NCBI GenBank assembly: GCA_010909165.1
Contig: MU008164.1
Location: 1,860,001 to 1,924,000 of the forward strand
Source: Anthoceros angustus
Lineage: Eukaryota; Plantae; Anthocerotophyta
Direction of reading: 5' to 3'
Length of the DNA stretch: 64,000 nucleotides
Numbering within the stretch: the stretch's first letter is position 1; each line of letters opens with the position of its first letter. The position numbers and the translations under genes are program-made. Of the stretch, positions 22,567 through 34,330 are shown piece after piece. The notes under the pieces were generated by a model. That model made no database searches, was not told where the DNA came from, and saw only the letters and a list, made by a program, of their open reading frames with translations.

Positions 22567-24237
22567 TCAAACAACGACACCATTTGGTCGGAAGAGATGG
22601 TACGAAATGTTCCAGAAGAAGGTATGAGAGGCTTTGGAAATGAGACTCCAAGCATTGTCGGGAACTTTGTATCCCACCAAGTGCGTGGACAAACCGTCAC
22701 TATGGTCGTGGAGACTGCTACTAGCAATAGTGAAGTACAATGTATCCCCCAACAAGGTTGCTCCATCCAAGTAGATCCTGTGATTCATCACTCTCGACCA
22801 CCCCCGGTCCCTCACAGCTTCCAAGAGCATTTCTTGCAAATGCTCAGGCAGAAACGATACCTTCCGCCACATATATGGGCTCCTTTCCAGCTTCCAAACC
22901 CCGAAGTCCACCTTGTGCTTCTCATAGTCTTGGTCAAGGCAGAAAATTCTCCCCCGCCACGCAAAGAATTTGCGGGTTCTCCTTGGCTCCGTATCCTCAT
23001 CTTCGCCTATACCTCTGTCACCCCGGTTGCCATCCCAAATAACCCTGCCACTTTCGAGACAATGAATGGTCATCAACTTGTCCCACTTTGCTTCGCACAG
23101 TTCACCATTGCACAAAAAATACTGAGGCCAGTCGTTTTGTCGTTCTCTGAAGGAAAACCAGCGAGGCTGAGTCAGGACCGTGGCTTTCCAGCTATTATCC
23201 TCGGACCTGTAGATGCTTACAGTTGGTATATCTTTCCGCCTACACAAAACAATGACAGTGAAGTGCCCGCTTTCGGCCACCTCAAGCTGGACTCTCCAGG
23301 ATGCTGGGTAGTCATGAAAGTCAGCTTCCATTCCAAACTCCGGTGGCAGCTCTTTGAATGTTCTCATAATAGGATTGGCAACGCAGAAACTCATACCTAC
23401 TGCCTTCTTGCAATCGTTATCCTCCACATCATAATCTCGATAGGACTCATCCTCGTTCTCTGCCGTAGAATACCCCTCCTCCATCTCTTCCTCTTCTTCT
23501 TTCTCTTCCTCATCGTCCTCCTCCTCATCTTCCTCATCCTCATACCCGTCCCCGTCCCCATCCTCATCCCCATCCCCCACCCCAGCGGCATATGAGCGAG
23601 ATACAGACATCTGGGCATGCTCAGTTTCACCCTCGACTTTCTTCTCTGGCTTCTCTTTGACAACCTTGAAGATGCAAACCAACCCATCCTGCACAACGTA
23701 GTCTTCGAAAGCCTGGAATTTGGGAGGAAGAAAGGACAAGCCAACCTCGACAACCTCCAACTCCACCCTTGGCTTGAATGAAGCCAGCTCGACAAGCTCG
23801 TCCTGCATTCTGCAAATCGGAAGTGCAGGCCGAGGCTCCACAGAATCACACAAGCGCTTGAAATCCGAGGATGCCAACAGGGACTGCCAGTTCTTGGAAA
23901 CGATGGAGAAGCGAACGCGGCTGCCCAATGGCAGCCTGGCCAGCATCATCTCCAGACACTCCTGGGGCAGGTTGCTCCACAAACAAGGCTTCATCTCGAA
24001 GGCGTGTGGATCCAACGGTTCCGCCAACCGACCATGAAAGACTTCCAGCACAAATTGGGGTTTCCCGATCCATTTCCCGCACTTTGAGCACTTTGAGCGT
24101 CTGTATTGATCCCCTCCGTTCTCAGAAGAGTCCGCGCGAGAAGTCCTCTCCACAGAAGAGTCCGACGACTCCCACCCTCGGTTGTCTTCACATTCGTAGC
24201 ACAGCTCCATGCTCGAGTCGGAGAAAGTCATCCTCAT
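22567..24237 (-). CDS. F-box protein (F-box plus beta-propeller/FBA-like region) with N-terminal CxxC...CxxC and an acidic insertion, paralog A
   Basis: Intact 556-aa ORF. F-box LWSNLPQECLEMMLARLPLGSRVRFSIVSKNWQSLL, FCVANPIMRTFKELPP typical of plant F-box proteins, and a D/E tract. Confidence 0.9.
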   Translation of the reverse strand: MRMTFSDSSMELCYECEDNRGWESSDSSVERTSRADSSENGGDQYRRSKCSKCGKWIGKPQFVLEVFHGRLAEPLDPHAFEMKPCLWSNLPQECLEMMLARLPLGSRVRFSIVSKNWQSLLASSDFKRLCDSVEPRPALPICRMQDELVELASFKPRVELEVVEVGLSFLPPKFQAFEDYVVQDGLVCIFKVVKEKPEKKVEGETEHAQMSVSRSYAAGVGDGDEDGDGDGYEDEEDEEEDDEEEKEEEEEMEEGYSTAENEDESYRDYDVEDNDCKKAVGMSFCVANPIMRTFKELPPEFGMEADFHDYPASWRVQLEVAESGHFTVIVLCRRKDIPTVSIYRSEDNSWKATVLTQPRWFSFRERQNDWPQYFLCNGELCEAKWDKLMTIHCLESGRVIWDGNRGDRGIGEDEDTEPRRTRKFFAWRGRIFCLDQDYEKHKVDFGVWKLERSPYMWRKVSFLPEHLQEMLLEAVRDRGWSRVMNHRIYLDGATLLGDTLYFTIASSSLHDHSDGLSTHLVGYKVPDNAWSLISKASHTFFWNISYHLFRPNGVVV

Positions 24238-24339
24238 CCCTGGCGACTCCGGCTCTCATCCCCAGTCTGAAGTTCCCTGCACCGGCAGAAATGCCTCAGC
24301 TATGTATGTCAAACTTTGTCACTGAGATTTCCATGCCAG

Positions 24340-24800
24340 AAGTTACTAGCTACCAAATAGAAAGCCTCGTGCCTTGAAAAGGCCTGTGCAAGCCCTGCCG
24401 CTCCTTACAGAAGGGCAGGCACGCAGAAGCACTTGCAAAGTGTGGAAAGAGGACAGCTACAAAGTGTTTTCTGTTTTTTAGGACTGTGACATTCAGGTGG
24501 GCAGCTAACTGCCTGGTGGACATGTACATATGCAAAATGTGGCGAACTGCAAGATGTCCGCCGGGTGTTTGACAGTGTGTCCTCAAGGGATGTGATGACA
24601 CGGACGTTCATGACAGCTGGGTGCGCAGAGAAAGGGATCTGCGAAGAGGCGCTTGATCTGTGTGCAGAAATGGAGTAGGAGCGCCTGGTTTTAAAGATGT
24701 GGGGACATGGAATGCCCTGATGCACAGCAAGAGTTCTTTCAAGAGGCTTGATCTGGATGGACAAATCGAGAAAAGCATGTCGTGGAATCTTGCAGTTTTT
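24340..24800 (+). pseudogene. Decayed PLS-class PPR fragment
   Basis: The plus strand gives, across frameshifts, KACAS...LQKGR, NCLVDMY, AKCGELQDVRRVFDSVSSRDVMT and GICEEALDLCAEME* (L-S-P motifs) with stops. Confidence 0.75.
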
Positions 24801-24839
24801 GAGAGGCAGCTGGCATGTCGACATGATGCCTGCGTCTCC

Positions 24840-25699
24840 TAACCTTTGAAGATGTCTCTTAACCACCTGTGATCCCAAGGAGGAACGCCTACGGTGTATG
24901 GACAATCCCTAACCCGACTTCGAGGAGCAGCTGGTCCTTGCTGGGATGGAACGTCTGCTGCGCTGGATATGTTTTCAGACTGACTCTTGTCGCTTGCTGC
25001 TCCCCCGATGTATCTGTCCTGTGCGCAACTCGCAAGATCAAAGAGCAGGGCCATCTTCCTCAGCGATGGGAAAAGAAAAATCAAAGCCCCGAATCCAATT
25101 CTGATTGATGTCCGTTAAGCTCGCAAACTCATGAGAAACCTCCAGCTGCGTTACCAACTAGAAATATATCTGGCTGTCCTATCCTCCTAACCCCAGGATG
25201 AAATGTCCTTCGCCACCAACGAGAGCCGCAACTGCCACAGCCACAGTTGATCGAGAGCCAAATTTAATACTCTGGAGCGAAGACAGCATTCTGGACACCG
25301 TACCAGCTTCCCGACCCGCACAGCTCCATGCCATGAGCTGGAGGCTGTTAAAAGCCTTGGAAGCAGACAGACATAGCCAGGAATACAAGTGACAGCCTTG
25401 TCCAGGGCTCTTCCCAGCTCACAAGCTCGCCTCCGCTTCCTTTGCAAGGGCTTGTATCCCCACAAGATTATGGCCCCATCGACCCTTCCTGATAGCAAGA
25501 ACAATTCACCACGTTCCTCTATCTGACAACAATATCGAGGAAGCCACCCGACGCAGATCACCAGGTCATGGTAACCAGGAAGAGTTTGCAAAATTCTGGC
25601 TTGCTCGGGGTCAAGGATAGCAATGGCATGATGAGCCCAAGAGTCCTGGACGAGGACGTCGTACTGCAGCGCCAACTGTACATGTTCTGTTGCAGCCAA
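24840..25699 (-). pseudogene. ELP2-like WD40 pseudogene (N-terminal ~280 codons, no introns seen), copy 2
   Basis: HHAIAILDPEQARILQTLPGYHDLVICVGWLP, LLSGRVDGAIILW, DKAVTCI, LQSIKFGSRSTVAVAVAAL..GHFILGLGG, WIRGFDFSFP, LASCAQDRYI occur colinear with ELP2 as I recall it (AVAVFCPKTAQILTTLPGHKASVNCTHWLP; LLSGDSDGIIILW; HKKGVTCI). Frameshifted. Confidence 0.8.
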
Positions 25700-26007
25700 C
25701 TCCTATAGAAGCTCCCTCCACTTGCACACCGTCTATATTGGCAGCCGTCCGGATCGGCTACCTAAGGGCTTCTCTCCAGTCGTTTCTCTAAGAAACGACC
25801 TTCTCTCCGGTCGGAGGTTCTACAGATTCAACCCAACTACGAACCTGGACTGTGTTTCCAACAGCAGGTACTTGACTGCTTTGAATGCACACTTACAGAA
25901 TTGCACATGGAAATGTGTCAAACACCGACAATACTCGGTCGGAAGAGATTGTCCGAATCGCTCCAAAAGAAGGAACTCACCTCTTTGCGAACGAGACTCC
26001 ATTCACT

Positions 26008-28180
26008 GTCGAGGATGTTAGATCCCACCAAGTGCGGGCACACACGGGATTCACGGTTGCGAATGTACGACAGGAAACCTCGTTGGGTGAAGTATTTTCT
26101 GTCACCTAACAAGGTTGGTTCATACAAGGTGATCCTCTGCTTCCGCCTTGGCCTCTTGAAACCAAATTTGCTTCAGACCTTTGTGCAGCCTTGTGGACGG
26201 TTTCGGACACTATGAGACTCTACCGATTCAACACCACTACGAACTTAGACAGTGCTTCCAAGGTTGCTGGTACTTAACCGCCTGAATCCACACTTGACAG
26301 AATTGCACATGGAAATGTGTCAAACACCGACAATACTCGGTCGGAAGAGATTGTCCGAATCAAAAGAAATACGGCTTGAATGCACACTTGACAGAGTAAG
26401 GTTTCACCAACAAAACAAAGCAACTGCTTGAATGCACACTTGATAGATATGAACATGGAAATGTGTCAAACACGGACATCATTCGGTTGGAAAAGATGGT
26501 GCAACATGCAGTTGAAGGCAAGCCCGCCGTCGCGAATGACACTCCATGTGTTGTCGGGAATGTTGTATCCCACCAAGTGCCGGCACAGATGCGTGCATGT
26601 ACGGTCGTCCGGCTTGCCAGTACCCATTCTGAAGTACATTGTATCAGCTGAAAAGGTTGCTGTGATGTGCCGCCTCGTCAACTTCGACGACCTTCCAGGT
26701 TCCAAGACCATTTTCTGCAAATGCTCAGGCAGAAAGGATACCTCCCTCCAGACGTATGGGCTCCTTTCCAGCTCCCAAACCCCGAAATCCACCTTGCGCT
26801 CCTCGTAGTCTTGTTCAAGGCAGAAAATTCTCCCCCGCCACTCAAAGACTTTGCAGATAACTCTTGGCTTGTATCCCCATCCTCCTCATCTTCGTCAGAA
26901 ACTTCGTTATCCGGTACCAGCTATCCCAAGTAATCTGGCTGCTTTTGAGACAGTGGATGATCACATAGTTCTGCCCCACTGATACCAGTTCACCATTGTA
27001 CAAAACATAATGAGGCCAATGGCTTGAGTCATCGTCGTAGCGAAGTCTTTGGGTAAACCAGAGTGGCTGATGAGTCAGGGTCGAGGATGTTAGATCCCAC
27101 CAAGTGCGGGCACACACGGGATTCACGGTTGCGAATGTACGACAGGAAACCTCGTTGGGTGAAGTATTTTCTGTCACCTAACAAGGTTGGTTCATACAAG
27201 GTGATCCTCTGCTTCCGCCTTGGCCTCTTGAAACCAAATTTGCTTCAGACCTTTGTGCAGCCTTGTGGACGGTTTCGGACACTATGAGACTCTACCGATT
27301 CAACACCACTACGAACTTAGACAGTGCTTCCAAGGTTGCTGGTACTTAACCGCCTGAATCCACACTTGACAGCGTAATGTTTCACAACAACAAAAACTGC
27401 TTGAATGCACACTCCATCCACAGAGTAAAGTTTCAGAACAAAAGAAATACGGCTTGAAATGCACACTTGACAGAGTAAGGTTTCACCAACAAAACAAAGC
27501 AACTGCTTGAATGCACACTTGATAGATATGAACATGGAAATGTGTCAAACACGGACATCATTCGGTTGGAAAAGATGGTGCAACATGCAGTTGAAGGCAA
27601 GCCCGCCGTCGCGAATGACACTCCATGTGTTGTCGGGAATGTTGTATCCCACCAAGTGCCGGCACAGATGCGTGCATGTACGGTCGTCCGGCTTGCCAGT
27701 ACCCATTCTGAAGTACATTGTATCAGCTGAAAAGGTTGCTGTGATGTGCCGCCTCGTCAACTTCGACGACCTTCCAGGTTCCAAGACCATTTTCTGCAAA
27801 TGCTCAGGCAGAAAGGATACCTCCCTCCAGACGTATGGGCTCCTTTCCAGCTCCCAAACCCCGAAATCCACCTTGCGCTCCTCGTAGTCTTGTTCAAGGC
27901 AGAAAATTCTCCCCCGCCACTCAAAGACTTTGCAGATAACTCTTGGCTTCGTATCCCCATCCTCCCCATCCTCCTCATCTTCGTCAGAAACTTCGTTATC
28001 CCGGTACCAGCTATCCCAAGTAATCTGGCTGCTTTTGAGACAGTGGATGATCACATAGTTCTGCCCCACTGATACCAGTTCACCATTGTACAAAACATAA
28101 TGAGGCCAATGGCTTGAGTCATCGTCGTAGCGAAGTCTTTGGGTAAACCAGAGTGGCCGATGAGTCAGGGTCGAGGATGT
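26008..28180. repeat. ~1.07-kb tandem duplication of the 3' end and downstream region of F-box B
   Basis: 26008-27079 recurs at 27080-~28170. The junction lies in the 11-bp microhomology GTCGAGGATGT. The region includes short TGCTTGAATGCACACTTGACAG repeats. Confidence 0.85.
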
Positions 28181-29521
28181 CCAAATATTATCCTTGGACC
28201 TGTAGATGCTTACAGATGGTTCACTTATCCGCTGACACAAAACAATAACGGTGAACTGCCCGCTTGAGTCCACCTCAAGCTGGAATCTCCAGCAGGCTCG
28301 GCGGTCATCAAATTCATCACGCTTGCCAAACTCCAGTGGCAGCTCTGTAAATGTTCTCATGATAGGATTGGCAACGCAGAAACTCATACCTACTACATCC
28401 CCGCTGCTGCATACCACAGATCTGTCACAACGGAAACTGGCCATGGGTTGCTCGAGGAAATCGAAATGCTTGCGCTCACAGTGCCCACAGTAATCATCCT
28501 CCCGCTCATCTTCCTCGTCATCATACTCATATTCATCATCCCAATCATCCTCGTCATCATCCACATCATCCTCACCATCGTCATCCCCACCCCGATAGAA
28601 AATACCCTCGTCAGAATCCTCATCGAGCATATCCTCTTCCCCTGACGAAGAATACCCCCACTCGTCCCCGTCCTTGTCCTCATCATCCCCCGCGTCCTCA
28701 TCATCTGACGTCGAATCCCAACGCATTTCCAGACGAGGCGGACGAGGAGGGGGATCCCCCTCCTCGTCCTCTTCCTCAACCCCATCCCACAGCCCAGCGC
28801 CAGATGAACGAGATGCAGACATCTGAGCATGCTGAGTTTCACCCTCAACTTCCTTAGGCTTCTCTTTGACAACCTTGAAAATGCAAACCAACCCATCCTG
28901 CACAACGTAATCTGAGGGACGGAAAGCCCGGAATTTGGGAGGAAGAAAGGACAAGCCAACCTTGACAACCTCAAACTGCCGCATTTCAGCCGGCCTTCGA
29001 GCACGCGGCTTGCGAGGAGGATCCACCTCGCCAAGCTGGTACTGCAGGCAGCAGACCGGGGGTACCGCGGATGGAGCCTCCACGGAATCACACAAGCGCT
29101 TGAAATCTGAAGGCGCCAAGAGGGACTGCCAGGCCTTGGAAACGACGGAGAAGCGAACGCGGCTGCCCAATGGCAGCCTGGCCAGAATCATCTCCACACA
29201 CTCCTGGGGCAGATTCCTCCACAGAGAAGGCTTCATCTTGACGCTGTGTGGATCCAACGGTTCCGCCAACCGACCATTCAAGACTTGGAGCTGGAAATGG
29301 GGCTTCCCAATCCATGCCTCGCACTTTGAGCATTTCCGTCCGCAGACTGGTTTGCTCTTCTGAGCCTCCGCGCGAGAAGTCTTCGGATCCACAGAAGAGT
29401 CTTGCCCTCGGTTGCTCTCCTCGCATTCGTAGCAGAGCTCTATGCTCGAGGAATTCCTCCGAGTCCTCATCCCTGGCGCCCGCCGGACTCCGCCTCTATA
29501 TCTGCCCGATAAGGCTCCCAT
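27545..29521 (-). CDS. F-box protein paralog B with N-terminal CxxC...CxxC and a longer acidic insertion
   Basis: Intact 658-aa ORF, colinear with paralog A (LWRNLPQECVEMILARLPLGSRVRFSVVSKAWQSLL; FCVANPIMRTFTELP; FGVWELERSPYVWREVSFLP). The true start may be the second Met (MRTRRNSSSIELCYECE). Confidence 0.9.
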   Translation of the reverse strand: MGALSGRYRGGVRRAPGMRTRRNSSSIELCYECEESNRGQDSSVDPKTSRAEAQKSKPVCGRKCSKCEAWIGKPHFQLQVLNGRLAEPLDPHSVKMKPSLWRNLPQECVEMILARLPLGSRVRFSVVSKAWQSLLAPSDFKRLCDSVEAPSAVPPVCCLQYQLGEVDPPRKPRARRPAEMRQFEVVKVGLSFLPPKFRAFRPSDYVVQDGLVCIFKVVKEKPKEVEGETQHAQMSASRSSGAGLWDGVEEEDEEGDPPPRPPRLEMRWDSTSDDEDAGDDEDKDGDEWGYSSSGEEDMLDEDSDEGIFYRGGDDDGEDDVDDDEDDWDDEYEYDDEEDEREDDYCGHCERKHFDFLEQPMASFRCDRSVVCSSGDVVGMSFCVANPIMRTFTELPLEFGKRDEFDDRRACWRFQLEVDSSGQFTVIVLCQRISEPSVSIYRSKDNIWTSSTLTHRPLWFTQRLRYDDDSSHWPHYVLYNGELVSVGQNYVIIHCLKSSQITWDSWYRDNEVSDEDEEDGEDGDTKPRVICKVFEWRGRIFCLEQDYEERKVDFGVWELERSPYVWREVSFLPEHLQKMVLEPGRSSKLTRRHITATFSADTMYFRMGTGKPDDRTCTHLCRHLVGYNIPDNTWSVIRDGGLAFNCMLHHLFQPNDVRV

Positions 29522-29899
29522 TTCTGGCCCACTCCGGCTCTCTGGACTCTTTTCTGCCCGATGACGTTCCCATTTCTGGCGGGAATGAACGCCATTTCAT
29601 ACCCGTGTGACGGCGTCATGCCATTTGCATGACAGAAGTTGCGATCTACATGAAATAAACTAGTCTTCAAAAATTTCACGCATTCAAGGCCAGCCGCCGG
29701 CCATAACCGATATTAGATGTGGCTCTCCTCCCGACGCCACCTCCTGGCCGGTTGCTGATCTTGTCACTACAAATTACATAAATGCGGCTCACCTATCGAT
29801 GCGGACGCTGACGACCTGCCCGCCAGTTCCCCATCTTGTCACCAAGCCTGTTGCAACCGTATCTCTGTGACATATCCTCCCATGCCCTCAATGTGCTAA

Positions 29900-30830
29900 T
29901 GGTTGGCTTTTGAGGAGTAGCGCGCGAACGGACGAGAATTGCTTCTGGGCTTCCAGCGTTCTGCTGACTCGCGCGCACCTCCTGAGGTAGCGTTGTTCTC
30001 TTTCTCAACCTTCAACAACTAGACGTCCGTAAATTGTGATGAATGTTTCGAAGATCAACATATTCCTGAATAGAAATGTAGATCTAATCCCATGGCCCGG
30101 CTCTCGTGCTGCGTGCTGCCTTAGTCGGATGAGCTGAAGACCTGGAGCATCATAGGTGCCCAAGTGCTGGGGAGCAGCAAAGACTCTCATCAGACTCACA
30201 AAAACTTCCCTCAGAATGACACTGCTGTGCGGGTGGAGGTGTGGGTACAGGCTGACCTATTTGTAGTCTCAGTTGAAGGTTTGCACATTTCCTAAGCTCA
30301 GAGGGCTAAGGAGTGGAAGAAAGATTCAAGCAGGTATCTATCAGAGTCCACGAGAAGTTTTTCCGTCAACGCCTTGCAGTCCGGTTCTTGTGGTCCGAAG
30401 ATGCACTCGCAGATTCTGAGAGCAAGATCATTCCAAATCTTGATGCAGCTGGGATCAGGCGACCGCTTTTCGCGTACAGAATGCGCAACACCCACCAAGA
30501 ACGATATTGTCGGAGTATCAGTCTTGAAGGTGAGGTTGAACAAGAAGCTCAGGGAGCTGGCTCCCTTCTTGCCCTGGCTGCTCCAGTAGCAGTGGAGGTA
30601 AGAAGCTCTGACCCAGTCCTTCCTCTTTGAGTGCTTCGGTTTTATAGAACCTCGATGTTAGACATGCTGGTTTCGGCCGACACCACATGGTACATGGAGA
30701 GCATGATGACCTTGCCAGCTTCATCTTCCAACAATGTCTCCACAGCACAGGTAGACGGCCGCAGAGGTGCCGCGCACAGTGTGCCATACTGCACCCTTCC
30801 TACATGCTTCCCTAGCTGCAGCTTTCTGGA
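29900..30830 (+). pseudogene. Possible decayed leucine-rich-repeat (NLR-like) coding sequence
   Basis: Scattered LxxLxL-like pieces: LNLQQLDVR, SVLKVRLNKKLRELAPFLPWLLQ, NLDVRH, MMTLPASSSN, LPTCFPSCSFLE. Many stops and frameshifts. Confidence 0.35.
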
Positions 30831-31989
30831 GCAGGGAGGATCCAGACACCAAAGGCAAACAGAGCTTTCCCGTCATCAATCTTCACCGCCAAACAAACAC
30901 GCATGCACGACACACTTGAATTGTGCAAAGATGTGCAGGCATGAATTTCCCGTCCTTCCATGACATGGAATGTGACGAGGACGCAGCTGATCAGAACGTA
31001 CCTGATGATATGATATATGGCAACTCCACGTTCTAGGCTCGCAAGAGGTGGCGATGCCCTTGGTGATCGATCGCCGGAGGTGAAGCCCCTGTTGAGACGA
31101 GCGGGAATTGCATGTGACCTTCGGAAACGCTCCAGTTTGTGGAGCTGGACGAGCCGAACTTTGTCAAAATTCCTTGATGCAGAAACGCAGTCCCCGTCAA
31201 TCCCAGCCATGGGGTTGAACATTGCGACGGCACGAGGAGCTTGTGATTACAAGCTGCCTTCCCTCCCTTCCCCGCTGAAGGAACTCTTGCCTTTACGCTC
31301 CGCTGGCCTCGACTCTCTGGCCTTGGCCCCCCGCTGGCCCCGACTCTTACTTTCGCTCTGGCCTCTGCGCTCAGGTGGCCTGCACTCCCTTCATCACTCT
31401 TACTCTGCCCTTCACGCTCCACGCTCCGCTGGCCTCAACTCATGACTCTTCCTCCGGCCTTCAAGCCTCCGAGTTCCAGCGGACGTTTGAGGAGCACGTC
31501 TCTCTATGTACGTACCATCGTCCGACTGCTGGCCTTGAATTCCTGTTGTCAGTACAAGATTTCAGCCGTGATCTGTTACTTTGGTTTGATTCCGAGACTT
31601 TATAGACGGCGGCGGCCCTGCGACCCGCACACTGCAGAGGCCCAAGGGCACAAACAACTAACTGATGAGAAACTGTAGGGCATTAACAACTACAACAGGT
31701 GGCCCCGTAAAGGCACGCAGCTGGGAAGGATGCCGTCGCCTATTCTTCACAAACGATTGATGGCAAAGACGACAGACCTCGACCGTTGAGCCCCGTCCGT
31801 GCGGCTCTCTCTCTCTTACACACATCAAACCGGACCGAGGCCAGCCTGCACACCGAACGCGCGCCCGGGCAAGCACACGGCCCGGTTATCTCCCCGCCCT
31901 GCCTCACCGCCCGCGCCGGCTGCCCTACCCGTGACTGCTCAATCTCCCGTGACTGAATATTAAGTGCGCTTAAAAGGAACTTGAACGCG

Positions 31990-34330
31990 TTCACGGCTAT
32001 GGGATTTTCTGCCGCGCTCTCAACACATTGGAAACCATGACTGTATCGCTTGCCTGTCCGGATGAGAAGCTCCGAGACTTGGTGGTGCAGACGCCACCAG
32101 ATGGTGCATTTGCTAAAGAAGCCTTGTCGTGGGCGCTGGGCACTCATGAATGTGGGCGAAGAAAGTTCAGGAACAAGTGCTTAGGGCCTACATTCCAACT
32201 TGTCGGGTGGTGGATTTCGTAGAAGGGGAAGCACAAAGCGCTAGGTTCCCGACAAAGTTCAGCAAGCTGTATCATTGGATTTCGAAGGAAGCTCCCAAGA
32301 ACGTTATAAGGCCCACACAAGTATCTCGAATGTGGTGTATCATTGTCAATATGGACCAACCGACTGGCCGAGGTCAATGTGTTGAACCCTCCACTTTGTG
32401 GATCCATCATCGAGGCCAAAGATGTCCTGCTCAAGAAGGGCGAAAGCCAGCATCAAGAGAGGGTGCCAATTCCAGTTTTATGCCACCATATTGCTCAGGT
32501 GGCCTGAGGTCATAGAGCTGAGAATTCGTCACGGTTTCCACACTGATGCAACGGGTGAGCATTACTTGATCTAATGCCCGTACTCAACCTCATCCCGCCA
32601 GCTCACGCTTTTTATCTGATGCCAAACGACGCTGGGTCATTCATAAATTGTTATGCAAGTTGACGAAAATGCAAATCATGGTTGATCACGAAGAGGAAGT
32701 TCATGCCAAACGACGAGCAGATCCAACCTACAAGTTTACAAGGGATGATTACATGAGTCCCAAGGATGTTCAGAATATGGAGACAGAAGTGAAGTCTCGA
32801 ACCTATGAACTTCATGTGCAAGATGCAGACAGTGTGCGTATATGGATAGACCTTCACACTAACTTAGTTTTCTACCTCAGATAGACAAATTCCTCTTCCT
32901 TATGCTGCAGACACTTTCATTCTTGGTGTGCCGACACCGTTTATGCTAGAAATGTTGGTAAAGTGGGGTCATAACTCTATTGTGGCTATGGATGCGACAT
33001 TCGGTCTCAATAAATGGCAGTTTCAGCTGATTAGTCTCTTGGTATTTGATAACCACATGAATGGCTTGCTCGTTGCTTGGGTGATATGCAAAGATGCCGA
33101 TGCAGCAAGTATAGCAAGATGGCTACAAGTGCTGCGAGATAAGGCACGTGAGGTTGCTCCCATGTGGCAACCAAATGCATTTTTGGTGGACGCATCGCCA
33201 AGGTAAATAAATGCAATCAAGCAGACTTTTGATCCAGACATGTTAGTCTTCTTGTGCCTTTGGCATGTGCGGAGAGTGTGGTTGAGAAATCTCTTACGAA
33301 GGTCAAAATGCAGCAGCAAGATCAGACATCATGCAGCAGTTGGGAGAGATAATGTACATGGAAGGGTGTCCACTCATTTCGGAGGCAAGAGCAAGAGAGA
33401 AGCTCGAATCCTTGTACACTCAGTATGAGAGTGTGTACCCTACATTCATCACCTACTTCAAGCAGCAGTGGGGAAGAATTATTCATATGTGGTTAAAATC
33501 AGTGAGAGCAGTTCCTCATGCGGTCAAGGCGCAATAGTTCAATTGAGGCATACCATTTGCACTTGAAAGTAAGAGCATCACAGCCTGTACTTGGGGTCGC
33601 AGAGTGGATGGCTTTTACGTACTAGTGGATGAAGTCAAGTACACTGTATCATCGAATGCAAGAAGGCGTGCTTTGTGAGAAATAGCAAGTTAGAACGAAT
33701 GATAGAACACTCAGTTGCTAAAGCTACGAAGATCCCAGATTCACAAGTCATCATTCCTGCAGGTTCAGACAACGTTGCTTATGTATTTCTGTCGAACAAG
33801 CCACATGCCCAGCCTTACATTGTCACCAATGCCAGCACCTGTTGGGCTACATGTACGTGCCCTTGGGCTGCACAAGGGCACGTATGTAAGCATCAAGTTA
33901 AAGTCTTGATGTTGTGCGGCAATTGGTGCCAACACATGCTCTTGTGGCTACCTTGATCCAAAGGAAGACTATACCTTTTCTTCCTTTGGATACTGGAAAT
34001 CACATATTTCCTAAAGACATTGGCAACGGGCCACAATTTGAAGAGGGGGCTGATCATGTAGGAGGTGAAGAGCCTGAACAGGATGAACTTGCGGTGGAGT
34101 CAGGGCCACGAACCATGGTGGGCTCACAAAGGAGTTCAGAAGACAATTTGCAGATGTTGTGGCTTAAACTCACTGCGATCGTGAAACGAGAACCACTCTT
34201 GTGTGAGCACGCATGTGGGGTCATGGGATTGCTAGTTCGGAACTTGGAGGGAAAGGAGGCTAACGGAGCAGGCCTTGGCTTGTCCTCTACACCTCACCTT
34301 GTCATGTGAGGGGCGATACATCATTGAGGA
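31990..34330 (+). pseudogene. MULE/SWIM-type transposase, frameshifted
   Basis: IPTCRVVDFVEGE..FPTKF, KRGCQFQF, WGHNSIVAMDATFGLNKWQFQLISLLVFDNHMNGLLVAWVI (first D), FLVDAS (second D), FLCLWHVRR (CxxH), and the SWIM motif CTCPWAAQGHVCKHQVKV. Confidence 0.85.

Noticed and set aside
22564-23595. 343-aa plus-strand ORF
   Set aside because: Antisense shadow of F-box A. The hydrophobic tail is the reverse complement of the acidic tract.
25860-27520. CRISPR-like look of the recurrent TGCTTGAATGCACACTTGACAG units
   Set aside because: Eukaryotic context, irregular spacing, non-unique spacers and no cas genes. It is a degenerate minisatellite inside a duplicated region.
31033-31480. Short GC-rich repeats (CGCTCCGCTGGCCTC) with minus-strand charged ORFs
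   Set aside because: Too degenerate to assign to any gene or element.
31711-31722. 9-bp TSD for the MULE
   Set aside because: The flanks (AGGCACGCAG vs ATGAGGATG) do not match at any boundary I tried.
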